Counted from the stretch's first letter, positions 1 to 10,970 are shown. The stretch is DNA of 35,326 nucleotides from Thermoleophilia bacterium (GCA_030650885.1 JAUSDE010000014.1:1-35326), one strand, 5' to 3'. Notes: generated from the letters alone by a model not told the origin. Made by a program: numbers and translations.

Positions 1-1300
<1,300 letters not shown>

Positions 1301-1311
1301 TCACCGGCGAT

Positions 1312-1320
1312 ATTATAGCA
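1312..1320 (-). promoter_or_regulatory. Extended -10 promoter of tRNA-fMet
   Basis: TGCTATAAT on the minus strand, 11 nt upstream of the mature tRNA 5' end. Confidence 0.7.
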
Positions 1321-1439
1321 CAAAGAAATTTCAGACTGCAGATCGCCATTTATGCCAGTCCTGATTAAATCTTATTTTTTGCAGGGATTTCTTTTCCTTT
1401 AGGGATCGGTTCATTTTCCGATAGGGGTGGGTATAAATC

Positions 1440-2570
1440 GTGGGGATGACTTCTATGATGAAAGCGAGTTTCATGTTGCGCATATTTATCACGGCCTTTC
1501 TGGGCATGCTGATACTTCTGGTTCCCGCCGGGCTGGTCATGGCTGAACCTGAAAATGACCCCGCCGGCATCGCACAGCAACAGATTCAGACCATTGAATC
1601 ACAGGCTGAGGCCGTGAAAGCGGAAATGGCTGTCCTGAACCATCAGCTTGAAGGCATAGTCGAGCAGCACAACGCCACCAAAGTCCAGCTGGAACGGTTG
1701 ACACTGGATCTGGCGGACAGCCGGGTCCGGCTTGATAACGCCCTGGCGCAGCATGGCAAACAGGAAAGACTGGTTTCCGGGCGCCTGGCCGCGGTTTACA
1801 AGGCGGGTGAGATAAATCTCATGAGCGTACTGATGAACAGCAACAGCCTCACCGACTTCTACGAGCAGAGCCGCTATATCGCAAAAATCAACGAGCAGGA
1901 CAACAAGCTGGAGCAGCAGTTCCGTGTGAGCGCTGAGACTGTTCAGGCTCTTACAGACGAAATCGATCAGAAGCGGTCCATGCAACTGCAACTTGAACGC
2001 CAGCTCGACGATCAGCAAGCCCAGATCGAGACCAGGATCAGGGAGCGCCAGACCAGGCTTGATCGACTTGACGGTCAGGTACAGGAGATCTTTGCAAGGG
2101 AGGCAGAGCGGCTGCGGGTCGAGCAGGAGCGCGCTGCAGCCGAGACAGCGGCAATGCTCCGCGACCTCGAGATAAGTGACGCCGTGCAGGCACAGGTCGT
2201 GCAGACAGCGCTTCAGTATCTCGGAGTTCCTTATGTGTGGGGTGGAGAAAGTCCCTCAGGGTTTGACTGCTCGGGTCTGGTCAAATATGTTTACAAACAG
2301 CATGGGGTAGAGCTCCCACACGCGTCTTCCATCCAGTTCGGAATGGGCGCACCGGTCCCGCCTGATAAGTTACAGCCCGGTGACCTGGTATTCTTTTATG
2401 GCTCGACTGCGCCGCAGCATGTAGGCATGTATGTCGGCAAGGGAAAATATATCGAGGCTCCCAACTTCGGCGAGGTGGTAAAAATTTCCACTCTCAGCTT
2501 TGACAGCGATTACGCGGGCGCCAGGCGATATCCGCTCAAATCGAGGACCGCATTACCTCAAAACCGATGA
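1440..2570 (+). CDS. Secreted coiled-coil + NlpC/P60 peptidoglycan endopeptidase (CwlO/RipA-like)
   Basis: Signal peptide, long coiled coil, YLGVPYVWGG..GFDCSGL, PGDLVFF, HVGMYVG. The true start may be a downstream ATG. Confidence 0.92.
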   Translation: MGMTSMMKASFMLRIFITAFLGMLILLVPAGLVMAEPENDPAGIAQQQIQTIESQAEAVKAEMAVLNHQLEGIVEQHNATKVQLERLTLDLADSRVRLDNALAQHGKQERLVSGRLAAVYKAGEINLMSVLMNSNSLTDFYEQSRYIAKINEQDNKLEQQFRVSAETVQALTDEIDQKRSMQLQLERQLDDQQAQIETRIRERQTRLDRLDGQVQEIFAREAERLRVEQERAAAETAAMLRDLEISDAVQAQVVQTALQYLGVPYVWGGESPSGFDCSGLVKYVYKQHGVELPHASSIQFGMGAPVPPDKLQPGDLVFFYGSTAPQHVGMYVGKGKYIEAPNFGEVVKISTLSFDSDYAGARRYPLKSRTALPQNR

Positions 2571-2896
2571 CTATGATACTGGTAATTGAAATACTCTTCG
2601 TGATCACCGCTTTCATACTCCTGGTAATGTCAGGATTGAAGATGGTCAAAAAAGCCGCGGGTTTTGGCAGATCGGCAAAGGCCATGAACGAACATACCCA
2701 GCCTCTTATCATGGCACTGGTCTCCCAAAGCGATATGGCTCAGCAGCGGGTTTTTTCCATCACCGGAAACGCTGATCTGCTTCAGCGCAAGATGGAATCA
2801 CTGAGGATCGCTATCGGCAGGATATTAATCGTGTTCGGCGCAATCCGTGAAGTTTCCGACAGGGCTTCCAGAGGCATACGGATTATCGGTTTTTAA
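2567..2896 (+). CDS. Small membrane-anchored hypothetical protein
   Basis: ATGA overlap with the upstream gene; N-terminal TM helix followed by an amphipathic helical region. Confidence 0.7.
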   Translation: MTMILVIEILFVITAFILLVMSGLKMVKKAAGFGRSAKAMNEHTQPLIMALVSQSDMAQQRVFSITGNADLLQRKMESLRIAIGRILIVFGAIREVSDRASRGIRIIGF

Positions 2897-3753
2897 AGAG
2901 ACCTCTGCGCATGCAGCGGCGATGGAGCCTGCATGCCGGAGACGTCAGATCCGATAAGCAGCTGCGAATATGGGTGTGACGGCGTGCTTGTCAGCTTCTC
3001 TGTCGGCCCTTGTTCGACTATGGCTCCCCGCTTCATGACTACCAGCTCCCTTGTGATCCTTCTGACCAGGGTCAGGTCGTGAGCAATCACCATCAGAGCC
3101 AGATTCCTCTCAGCCCGCAGCCTCAGCAACAGTTCGGATACCTGGAGTTTTGCATGGGCGTCCAGTGACGCAGCCGGCTCGTCACATATCAATAACCTGG
3201 GGCTGACCGCCAGCGCCCTCGCGATCACAACACGTTGCAGCTCGCCGCCGCTGAGTTCATGGGGATAACGATCGGCAAGCTTGCCAGGGAGTCCGACTTC
3301 ACTAAGCAGACCGGCGATATTATCATGAGCTTCGTTCTTTCCTGACAGGCCATGAATACTCAATGGCTCCCCGATGATATCGCCGGCTTTAATCCGCGGA
3401 TCGACTGAACCGGCGGTATCCTGCCAGATAAGCTGAATGATGCGGGCATTTCGCAAGCGTGTCTTTCCTGGTGCCGACAGCTCTTCGCCATCGACACGGA
3501 TACTGCCGGAGTCAGGCTTCATCAGACCTGTGGCGAGAGCAGCGAGAGTGGTCTTACCGGCGCCGCTTTCTCCTATGATGCCAACGGATGCGCCCGCTTC
3601 TATGGCGAGGCTGAACTCACGCAGAGCCTGGATGCCCTGGCTGGTATTTTCTTCCAGCGGCATTTGATCCTCCTCAGCCCTGGCCGGGGTACTGTGGCCT
3701 CGTCCGCGGACTTTATAAAGCTTGCTGACTTTTTCGAATTCAAGCAGGGGCAA
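2893..3753 (-). CDS. Peptide/nickel ABC transporter ATP-binding protein (OppF/DppF-like)
   Basis: GESGAGKTT, ELSGGELQR, ICDEP. Start reassigned to TTG at 3753 behind AGGGGG, overlapping the end of the upstream ATPase gene. Confidence 0.9.
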   Translation of the reverse strand: MPLLEFEKVSKLYKVRGRGHSTPARAEEDQMPLEENTSQGIQALREFSLAIEAGASVGIIGESGAGKTTLAALATGLMKPDSGSIRVDGEELSAPGKTRLRNARIIQLIWQDTAGSVDPRIKAGDIIGEPLSIHGLSGKNEAHDNIAGLLSEVGLPGKLADRYPHELSGGELQRVVIARALAVSPRLLICDEPAASLDAHAKLQVSELLLRLRAERNLALMVIAHDLTLVRRITRELVVMKRGAIVEQGPTEKLTSTPSHPYSQLLIGSDVSGMQAPSPLHAQRSL

Positions 3754-4555
3754 CAGCTTTTTCCCCCTTTTGGCCGGACTGTCCCCAGACTCCGACCAGG
3801 CTTTTTGTGTAAGCATGAGACGGTTTGTTGAGGATGTCCGCGCATTTGCCGCTCTCCACCGTTGCCCCTTCATGCAGAACCATGATGTCGTCAGCGAATC
3901 TGGAGACCAGGCCCAGATCGTGGGAGATGAATACGATCGACAGGCCTGTTGACCTGCGCCGCTCATTCAGAAGCGCGATTATCTGTGCCTGCAATCGAAG
4001 ATCGAGCGAACTGGTCGGTTCGTCAGCGATGAGAACTTCCGGATTGCAGGCGAGGGCCATGGCAATCATTGCCCGCTGGCATAGGCCTCCACTCAACTGG
4101 TAGGCGTGTGGCGCCGCCGCCAGAATATCTCCCGCTATACCGACACGCTCCAAATGCTGGATGGCCAGCAGTCGTGACTCCCCACGGCTGGCCGATTCGC
4201 GCATGCGAATGACCTCGGCTAACTGGTCGACAACCTTCATCGATGGATCTAGAGCCCCCATGGAATCCTGAAAAATCATGCCGATTCCAGAGCCGCGCAC
4301 TTTGCAGAGGTCACCCTCGCTGTAATCAAGCAGGTTTTTTCCCTGAAAGGTGACCTCGCCGCCGATTTTGACCTCTCGACTGTCATGAAGGCCAAGAAGC
4401 GCCATTGCGAGACTGGACTTGCCGGCGCCGGATTCGCCGATGATGCCGAAAACCGAAGCGGGACGGAGTTTAAAGCTGACGTTGCTCACCGCAGCCGAAG
4501 GCTGGCCGCGAAACCTGACCGAGAGGTTCTTCACATTCAACAGATATTCGCTCAC
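3740..4555 (-). CDS. Peptide/nickel ABC transporter ATP-binding protein (OppD/DppD-like)
   Basis: GESGAGKS, QLSGGLCQR, IADEPT, SHDL. Confidence 0.92.
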   Translation of the reverse strand: MSEYLLNVKNLSVRFRGQPSAAVSNVSFKLRPASVFGIIGESGAGKSSLAMALLGLHDSREVKIGGEVTFQGKNLLDYSEGDLCKVRGSGIGMIFQDSMGALDPSMKVVDQLAEVIRMRESASRGESRLLAIQHLERVGIAGDILAAAPHAYQLSGGLCQRAMIAMALACNPEVLIADEPTSSLDLRLQAQIIALLNERRRSTGLSIVFISHDLGLVSRFADDIMVLHEGATVESGKCADILNKPSHAYTKSLVGVWGQSGQKGEKAVAPA

Positions 4556-4556
4556 G

Positions 4557-5465
4557 TCATCCAGCCTTTTTAATGCGCGGGTTCAAGGCTCTGGTGGCAG
4601 AGTTACCGATGAGGATGAATATCAGCACCATCAGAGTCACAGCGATTCCAGGCACGATGACAAGCCACGGTGCGGGCTCGAACTGCCCCATCGACTCAGA
4701 GAGCATCATGCCGAGGCTCGGATCAGGCCGCTGCACTCCAAGGTTTATGAAACTCAATCCGGCTTCGGCCAGAATCGCGCCGCCGGTGGCCACAGCCGTA
4801 TAGGAAATCAGCGGTGGTATTGAATTTGGCAGGACATGACGGAAAAAGATCCTCGACTCGCCGGCTCCCAGGACTTTCGCTGCCTTGATGTATGTTTTTT
4901 CCCTGATTGAAATAAGTGATGACCTGAAGACCCTGGCGAAGATCGGCCAGCCGAAAAAAGCTATCGCAATGAATACATTACGACGGCCTGGACCCATAAC
5001 CGCCATGATGGCTATTGCACCCAGGACAACCGGGAATGACAGGAAGACATCCGCCGTCCGCATGAAAATGGCATCAGTAATGCGACCGCCGTACACCGCT
5101 ACCGTAGCTGCAGCCATCCCTGCCGTCAACGCCAGGCCCGTAGCGGCGACACCGACGATCATGGATGTCCTGATCGCCCAGAGGACCCGCGAAAGCTCAT
5201 CCCGGCCGTGGAGGTCAGTTCCCAGCGGGTGCTCGAACCCAGGGGCCTCGGCGATGCGGTCATAATCCGGCTCGACGGGGTCTGCGAGAGGCAATAGCGG
5301 AACGATCAGCGAAATGGCCAGCAGAATAGCCGCAAGGGTAATAGCAAAGATCAATGTGTGATGTTTACGGCGCGGGGAATCATAGCCGAAATTCGTGTTG
5401 GCGACACCGAGCTCTGCTCCGGCGGCGGCCATTTCAGAGGCCGCATCGAGACCCGCCCTAGCCAT
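4557..5465 (-). CDS. Peptide ABC transporter permease (OppC/DppC-like)
   Basis: HPLGTDLHGRD, YIKAAKVLGA, RHVLPN, EAGLSFINLG. Start taken at ATG 5465, overlapping the upstream permease stop. Confidence 0.92.
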   Translation of the reverse strand: MARAGLDAASEMAAAGAELGVANTNFGYDSPRRKHHTLIFAITLAAILLAISLIVPLLPLADPVEPDYDRIAEAPGFEHPLGTDLHGRDELSRVLWAIRTSMIVGVAATGLALTAGMAAATVAVYGGRITDAIFMRTADVFLSFPVVLGAIAIMAVMGPGRRNVFIAIAFFGWPIFARVFRSSLISIREKTYIKAAKVLGAGESRIFFRHVLPNSIPPLISYTAVATGGAILAEAGLSFINLGVQRPDPSLGMMLSESMGQFEPAPWLVIVPGIAVTLMVLIFILIGNSATRALNPRIKKAG

Positions 5466-6408
5466 TGGCCTGCTCGCCTGCTCTGACTCGTGGATCCAGC
5501 CAGCCATAAAGGATATCCACAATGGTATTGATAACCACGAAGATAATCACCAGTACGAGGACAGTGCCGATTACCAGCGGCACATCGCGGAAAAGGGCGG
5601 CATTATATACCATCCTTCCCATACCAGGCCATGAAAAGACGATTTCTGTGATCATGGCGCCGCCAAGCAGCGTTCCCAGGTCGATGGCAAGAATCGTGAC
5701 AACAGGCCCGGATACATTTCGCAAACCGTGTTTCAACATCGCCTGCGCCCTGGTAAGCCCTCTGGCCCTCGCCGCTAGTATGTATGGCTTATCCATTTCC
5801 TGGGAGAGAGATGATTGTGTCACTGCGGCGATTATGGCTGTCTGCGCGGCAGCCAGCGTGATGGCCGGTAAAACCAGGTTCAGGGGATTCCAGCCGCCGG
5901 TGCCGGAAATCGGCAATATGCCCAGGCGGCTTGCAAATACATACTGCAATAACATGCCCAGAAAAAAAACAGGAAGAGCGAGCAGCAACGCGCTGGTGAC
6001 TGATGAGAGCGCTTCCAGCCGCGGCCAGCGGCGCAGGGCCATCAGCATGCCCCAGCCGACGCCAAATAAGGTCTCGAGCGTCAGCGCCGCCAGTGTCAGA
6101 TAGATTGTCGCCGGCAGATATTCGAGAATGATGCCGCCGACACCTCGCTGGAGCTCCTGGGATGTGCCCAGGTCGAATTGGGCCAGATGTTGCAGGTATA
6201 TTCCGTACTGGACCCATACCGGGCGGTCGAGACCGAGTTCGCGGCGCAGATTTTCAAGCGCCTCGGGAGTCGCATGATTGCCGAGCGCCGCCTGTGCCGC
6301 ATCTCCGGGAACGAGCAGGTAAATGACAAAGAAGAGCACCGTGACAGTGCCGAACAGCACCAATAACATCTGGAGCAGGCGGTAGAAGATGAAACGGGTT
6401 GTCGGCAT
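5458..6408 (-). CDS. Peptide ABC transporter permease (OppB/DppB-like)
   Basis: LGLDRPVWVQY, FDLGTS, YILAARARGL, TEIVFSWPGMG, YGWLDPRVR. Confidence 0.93.
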   Translation of the reverse strand: MPTTRFIFYRLLQMLLVLFGTVTVLFFVIYLLVPGDAAQAALGNHATPEALENLRRELGLDRPVWVQYGIYLQHLAQFDLGTSQELQRGVGGIILEYLPATIYLTLAALTLETLFGVGWGMLMALRRWPRLEALSSVTSALLLALPVFFLGMLLQYVFASRLGILPISGTGGWNPLNLVLPAITLAAAQTAIIAAVTQSSLSQEMDKPYILAARARGLTRAQAMLKHGLRNVSGPVVTILAIDLGTLLGGAMITEIVFSWPGMGRMVYNAALFRDVPLVIGTVLVLVIIFVVINTIVDILYGWLDPRVRAGEQANG

Positions 6409-6475
6409 ATTTACCCCAGGCCGCCCCGGCCTTTATGAGGGCGCCTGATAAGCGGGCTCCCTCTACCGGCGCCGC

Positions 6476-8083
6476 CTATGTTTGAGACACGGTTATTTTA
6501 TCGAGGGCGATGTCGCCCAAAGATGTGTGGACAAAATTGGTAACCCTGGGTGAATAAACCATGGCGTCCTGGCCAAAGGTGATGGGCACCATCGGCATGT
6601 CGGCCAGGATCTTCCTTTCGGCTTCGTTGTAGAATCCGGTCCTCTGATTCACGTCCGGAGCGGACCGCGCCTTGCCCAGCAGCTCGTCGACTTCAGGATT
6701 CGCATACTGGAATACATCAGTGGCTCCGATGTTGCTCGACTCGAAGAGCGGGAACAGGAAAGAGTCGATGCTTGGAGCGTCCGCCTGCCAGGAGATCAGG
6801 AATAGTGACATGCCACCACTGAGCATCTGGTCACGAAACGCTCCTTCGTCCATGCCGGTGATCTCAACCTGTATACCCGATTTTTTCAGGTCAGACTGAA
6901 TCGCCTGGGCTGTGTCAGCTGCGGGACCAACACCTGGGTAATAAAGGGTCATCGGAGGCAGTCCTGCCCCTCCCGGGAAACCGGCTTCCTCCAACCGCTT
7001 TGCGGTTTGCTCCGGATCAAAACTGTACGGCATGACATCTGCCTGGTGCCCGGGTATCGATGTGGGCACGATGCCGTCGGCGGGGTATTCCTGTCCCTGC
7101 AGCACCTTGTCGGCGATCTTGATGCTATCCATGTCCCACGCAAAAGCTTCTCTTACTTTCTGATTGTCAAAAGGCGGTTTGGTGACGTCGAAGGCAAGGA
7201 AGCGGACAGCGTTAGCCGGCCCCTGGAAGAATTTAACAGACGTATCATTGCGAAGCGCTTCGGTCTGGCCGGCGGGAATCGTCCTGACCGCGTCGACGTT
7301 GCCGGCCTTGAGCTCGGCGACCGCTGTCGCGGGATTAGGGATTATCCTGGCCACCGCCTGGTCGATACTTGCGTCTTGCCCATAATAATCAGGGTTCTTT
7401 TCCAGGACTACCTGATCATCGTGCTTCCATTCTGTAAGGATGAACGGGCCGTTACCCACGGGATGCTCGGCGAATCGGAATTGAGCGTTCTCGACCTCAT
7501 CTTTAGGCACGGGAGCCGCTACTGGGTGCCCGAGCAGTGATACAAAATCGGCCATGGGGAATTCCAGAGTCACTTTAAGCGTGTAATCATCGGCAGCTTC
7601 GACACCTGTCAGTTTGTCGGTTTTCCCATCCGCGAGGTCTGTAGCGCCCATTACAGGCTGCAGTATTGCATAAGCTGTCGAGGACATGGTGTCCGGCGCG
7701 AGAGCCCTGCTCCATGCATAAACGAAGTCGCCCGCTTTGACTTCGGAGCCATTACTGAACCTGACGCCTTTACGCAGATGGAAGGTAAATTCGGTTGCGT
7801 CACTGTTCGACTCCCAGCTTTCCGCCACAGCCGGCACGACTTCGCTCGTTTCCGTGTCGTAGCCCACCAGGCCATCAAAGAGATACCTGGCTATATTTAT
7901 TGCGACGACCTCATCTACCTGGGCTGGATCCAGAGACGCTGGATCGCTGGATTCCGCATATGTAAAAACATTGCTGGATGATGTTTCCTCGCCACAGCCC
8001 ATAATAATCACCGGGGCGACGGCAACCGCGAATAACATGGCCAGCCACACAAATTTTGTCGACCTTTTTCTAAAAATCCCCAC
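6476..8083 (-). CDS. Peptide ABC transporter substrate-binding lipoprotein (OppA/DppA, family 5)
   Basis: GTG start behind GGAGG, lipobox IMGC, SLDPA, FTFHLRKGVRFSNG, PVGNGPF. Confidence 0.93.
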   Translation of the reverse strand: MGIFRKRSTKFVWLAMLFAVAVAPVIIMGCGEETSSSNVFTYAESSDPASLDPAQVDEVVAINIARYLFDGLVGYDTETSEVVPAVAESWESNSDATEFTFHLRKGVRFSNGSEVKAGDFVYAWSRALAPDTMSSTAYAILQPVMGATDLADGKTDKLTGVEAADDYTLKVTLEFPMADFVSLLGHPVAAPVPKDEVENAQFRFAEHPVGNGPFILTEWKHDDQVVLEKNPDYYGQDASIDQAVARIIPNPATAVAELKAGNVDAVRTIPAGQTEALRNDTSVKFFQGPANAVRFLAFDVTKPPFDNQKVREAFAWDMDSIKIADKVLQGQEYPADGIVPTSIPGHQADVMPYSFDPEQTAKRLEEAGFPGGAGLPPMTLYYPGVGPAADTAQAIQSDLKKSGIQVEITGMDEGAFRDQMLSGGMSLFLISWQADAPSIDSFLFPLFESSNIGATDVFQYANPEVDELLGKARSAPDVNQRTGFYNEAERKILADMPMVPITFGQDAMVYSPRVTNFVHTSLGDIALDKITVSQT

Positions 8084-8542
8084 AATACCTCCAGCCTGGT
8101 TTGAGTAAGCGGACGAGCGGAAAAGCGAGTGAGATTACTACTGGAACTCGAGGGCTCACCCGGTCGGGGGTTAATTAGACAAAGTGAATGCGAATCCTGC
8201 TAATTAAACAGCTTTACTGCCGTTTGAAATGAATGCGCTGGAGCCCATCCGAACGGATAGGCAGCATATATTATTCGACATCCAGCATCAGTTATCCTGC
8301 CATTTTATGCTCAAAAACACGCGAATCAAGGCAACTTTCAGGCCCCAACCCGGCCGAAACTACTGCGCCGGAATTGTAAAGGTGCCACCCCGGTAGTAAA
8401 ATTGCCTTTAATATCAGGTTTTTTTATTCCCCAGGATGAGCGTTATGAGGCTGGCCATGGCAATAAAGATTGCGAACTTGCTCTACTTCAGCCGAATATG
8501 CGGTTGGCTTGAGGCGCTACCTCTCCGCTGAGCTGCTTCCAC

Positions 8543-10408
8543 GTGACCCCTTACAATTTTGAACACCCTGATCCTCCGATGACCGGCGATTCCTCTCCAG
8601 GCTCTCAACTGTTCATATACAGATTGCTGCACCTGGCAATCAACCAGGAGTCTCCCGACGGCAGCGTAATGCCCTCGTCTTATCTGGCAGCCAAGAATCT
8701 CGCAAGGCAGCTGGAGATCACGGGTGCAGGGGAACTAAAGGCACTTTTTCGGGATCTGGGGCTCGGGGAACTTCAGATCGATATCACCCGCGATCGTATT
8801 TCGGTATCGATGACCGCAAAATCCCCTGCGTTCCGGGGAGCAGATGAGACTGGCGCTCCCCTCGAACTCGAGCGCGGCCTTGTTGATGGTGCACTTGAGA
8901 TAATCACCGGACTTTCGGTAGAGACGCTTGAAAACACTGGCAGGCTCAGTGATGAGGATGCCCGCTGCTTCGAAGCGGTGCGCGAAGTTATCGGCGGCCA
9001 ACAGCGTTTTATCGCCAGTCTGGCCACAAACCCTGGTGGCTTTACCGGACTCGGCACCAGCAAAACTGGCATTCTCGAGGGTTTTGCTGAAGGTAATGGG
9101 CTCGGGCAGAAAAGCCTCAAATCCTGGTTCATGGACCTGGCCATGCGTGAAGTAGCCCGGGCTCGCCGCCATGGACGCCAGCTTACAGTGATGTATGTGG
9201 ACCTGGATGATCTCGGGCAGATCAACACGGCCCATGGCAGAGCAGCTGGGGACCGGGTGATTCGTGCGGTGGGGACAGCCCTCAGCAAGAGTTGCCGATC
9301 CGAAGACTTTTTGTGGCACCAGGGAGAGGATGAGTTCGCCATCCTGCTCTCGGAGACGGATGCAGATGGCGCCAGCATTGTTGCCAGCAGACTGTCCACC
9401 GAGGTGCTATCCGCAGCTGAATATATAGATATAGCCGCCAAAGTCTCTGCCAGCATTGGTTTTTCGACATTCCCCGTAAATGCGGACAGTGTTCCCGGAC
9501 TATTCGATAGTGCCCGATCAGCTGTCTACCTGGCAAAATCCTTAGGTAAAGGAAGGGCCCAGAGGGCGAGATCCAGCACGGGCATGAATTCAGAAGATAG
9601 CGATAAGGACGTTTCTGGCCTTGATGAGGGGTTGCGGGATTCTACTGCTGGTTCTGGTTCAGGCGCCTCCCGCAGGAGCTCAGGTTTGAGTTCTGATACA
9701 GATACAAAGGAATCCAGGCCATCTGAAATCGTAGAATTGCAGGCAGCCTCCAGGAGTGCACCGGTAGCTTCAGTGATAATCGCGAGCAGCAGCCCGTTGC
9801 TGATAGCGGGAATGCGCCAGGTGCTCATCGATTCGGATAGCTTTCAGATCGTTGCTGAAATATTGGACAACCGCAAATTGTTGTCAGAAATCGCCGACCA
9901 GCGGCCCGATTTGATCTTTGCGGATCTGGAAATGTCGAGAACTGATGATTTCGCAGTTATGAAATTGCTGCGCGGGCATAACCTGCCCTGCAAATATGCG
10001 GTATTCTCCTCTGAGGTAGACCAGGACGTAATCAAGCTCGCAGCTGATTACTCTATCGATGGAGTAATCCTCCAGGAATCTGCTTCTGAAGACGTGATTG
10101 CTGCCTTGCAGGCAGTATTTCGAGGCAAGACTGTACTCCCCGTTGCTGTTGCAGATGCAATGAAGGAACTAACCAAAAACCGTCGGCTGCTTGAAGAGCT
10201 GTCGGAGCGCGAGATCGAGGTACTGCGACTGATAGCCGAAGGAAAGTCCAATTCCCAGATTTCCAATGAACTTTTTATCACGGTGAACACTGTGAGATTC
10301 CACCTTGCAAACATCTACCAGAAGTTGAGTGTTTCGAATCGCACCGAAGCCGCCAATTACTATCTTCGCCAGGATCTGGCTCCGGACGGCCAAACACGTC
10401 TGTTATAG
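8543..10408 (+). CDS. Multidomain regulator: V4R-like + degenerate GGDEF + atypical receiver + LuxR HTH
   Basis: V4R-like segment (LGLGELQI..ERGLVDGALE..ENTG..RCFE); GGDEF fold (VMYVDLDDLGQIN..GD, RSED-x5-GEDEF, SASIG); receiver (PDLIFADLEM); LuxR HTH (LSEREIEVLRLIAEGKSNSQISNELFITVNTVRFHLANIYQKL). Confidence 0.88.
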   Translation: MTPYNFEHPDPPMTGDSSPGSQLFIYRLLHLAINQESPDGSVMPSSYLAAKNLARQLEITGAGELKALFRDLGLGELQIDITRDRISVSMTAKSPAFRGADETGAPLELERGLVDGALEIITGLSVETLENTGRLSDEDARCFEAVREVIGGQQRFIASLATNPGGFTGLGTSKTGILEGFAEGNGLGQKSLKSWFMDLAMREVARARRHGRQLTVMYVDLDDLGQINTAHGRAAGDRVIRAVGTALSKSCRSEDFLWHQGEDEFAILLSETDADGASIVASRLSTEVLSAAEYIDIAAKVSASIGFSTFPVNADSVPGLFDSARSAVYLAKSLGKGRAQRARSSTGMNSEDSDKDVSGLDEGLRDSTAGSGSGASRRSSGLSSDTDTKESRPSEIVELQAASRSAPVASVIIASSSPLLIAGMRQVLIDSDSFQIVAEILDNRKLLSEIADQRPDLIFADLEMSRTDDFAVMKLLRGHNLPCKYAVFSSEVDQDVIKLAADYSIDGVILQESASEDVIAALQAVFRGKTVLPVAVADAMKELTKNRRLLEELSEREIEVLRLIAEGKSNSQISNELFITVNTVRFHLANIYQKLSVSNRTEAANYYLRQDLAPDGQTRLL

Positions 10409-10708
10409 CGGGTTCCGAGCTTATTGATTTTCCGGAAGCTGGGTTTCGAAGTTAATTGTCGCCTGACTTGCCGTAAATCTTCTGCTTTTACTTAGCTCAT
10501 TCGCGCGCTCGATTTTCGCTTCCGGTTTGTATGTATGAAGTAGACATTGAGACTCTGTAATTTCCCTTCTTCCCGATCTCCTGCAGCAAAGCGCCTGCAA
10601 TTGATCGGAATAGTCGTTCACCTTTGCATTCCTATCTCTCATTCAAACCGTCCTTTACCCCATCCCTTGACTATCACTTCATACGTACCAAACTAATTCA
10701 CCCCGATT

Positions 10709-10714
10709 TAGAAT
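10709..10714 (+). promoter_or_regulatory. Candidate -10 element (TAGAAT) for the small-peptide transcript
   Basis: TAGAAT about 9 nt before the first leader hairpin; no good -35, so it may depend on an activator. Confidence 0.4.
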
Positions 10715-10870
10715 CTTTGCATACGTCCCATCAGGACCACTCGGATTTGATGGGACGATCCGCTCCAGATCGGGGGAAGAGCGGAAAAAACGGAGGCTGA
10801 GGGCACCCAAGCCCTTTATCAGCCACGTTTTCCGGGGTTAAAGCTGGGCAACTGGTAGGAGGTGAGCACC

Positions 10871-10951
10871 ATGAGAGCAAAGCTTTTTGGAGCCATGACC
10901 GCATTGGTGATGTTGCTGGCAGCAGGTGGAGGTAGGTGGTGGTGGAGGTAG
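10871..10951 (+). CDS. Unannotated 26-aa peptide MRAKLFGAMTALVMLLAAGGGRWWWR
   Basis: Near-perfect RBS AGGAGGTGA 5 nt before ATG; basic N-terminus, hydrophobic core, GGG, aromatic/basic tail; followed by an intrinsic terminator. Too short for the ORF track. Confidence 0.8.
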   Translation: MRAKLFGAMTALVMLLAAGGGRWWWR

Positions 10952-10970
10952 TCACCTTCATTTATTTTTT
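10943..10970 (+). terminator. Intrinsic terminator closing the peptide gene
   Basis: Stem TGGAGGT / loop AGTC / ACCTTCA (7 bp, one G-U) followed by TTTATTTTTT. Confidence 0.6.

Noticed and set aside
1321-1470. ydaO riboswitch upstream of the NlpC/P60 gene
   Set aside because: The gap is short and AT-rich and lacks the motif.
10871-10970. Trp attenuator leader peptide (WWW codons plus terminator)
   Set aside because: No trp genes follow, the downstream gene has its own extended -10, and the Trp codons and stop codon both overlap the terminator arm, so stalling could not discriminate. The peptide also has a signal-like hydrophobic core. Disfavoured but not fully excluded.
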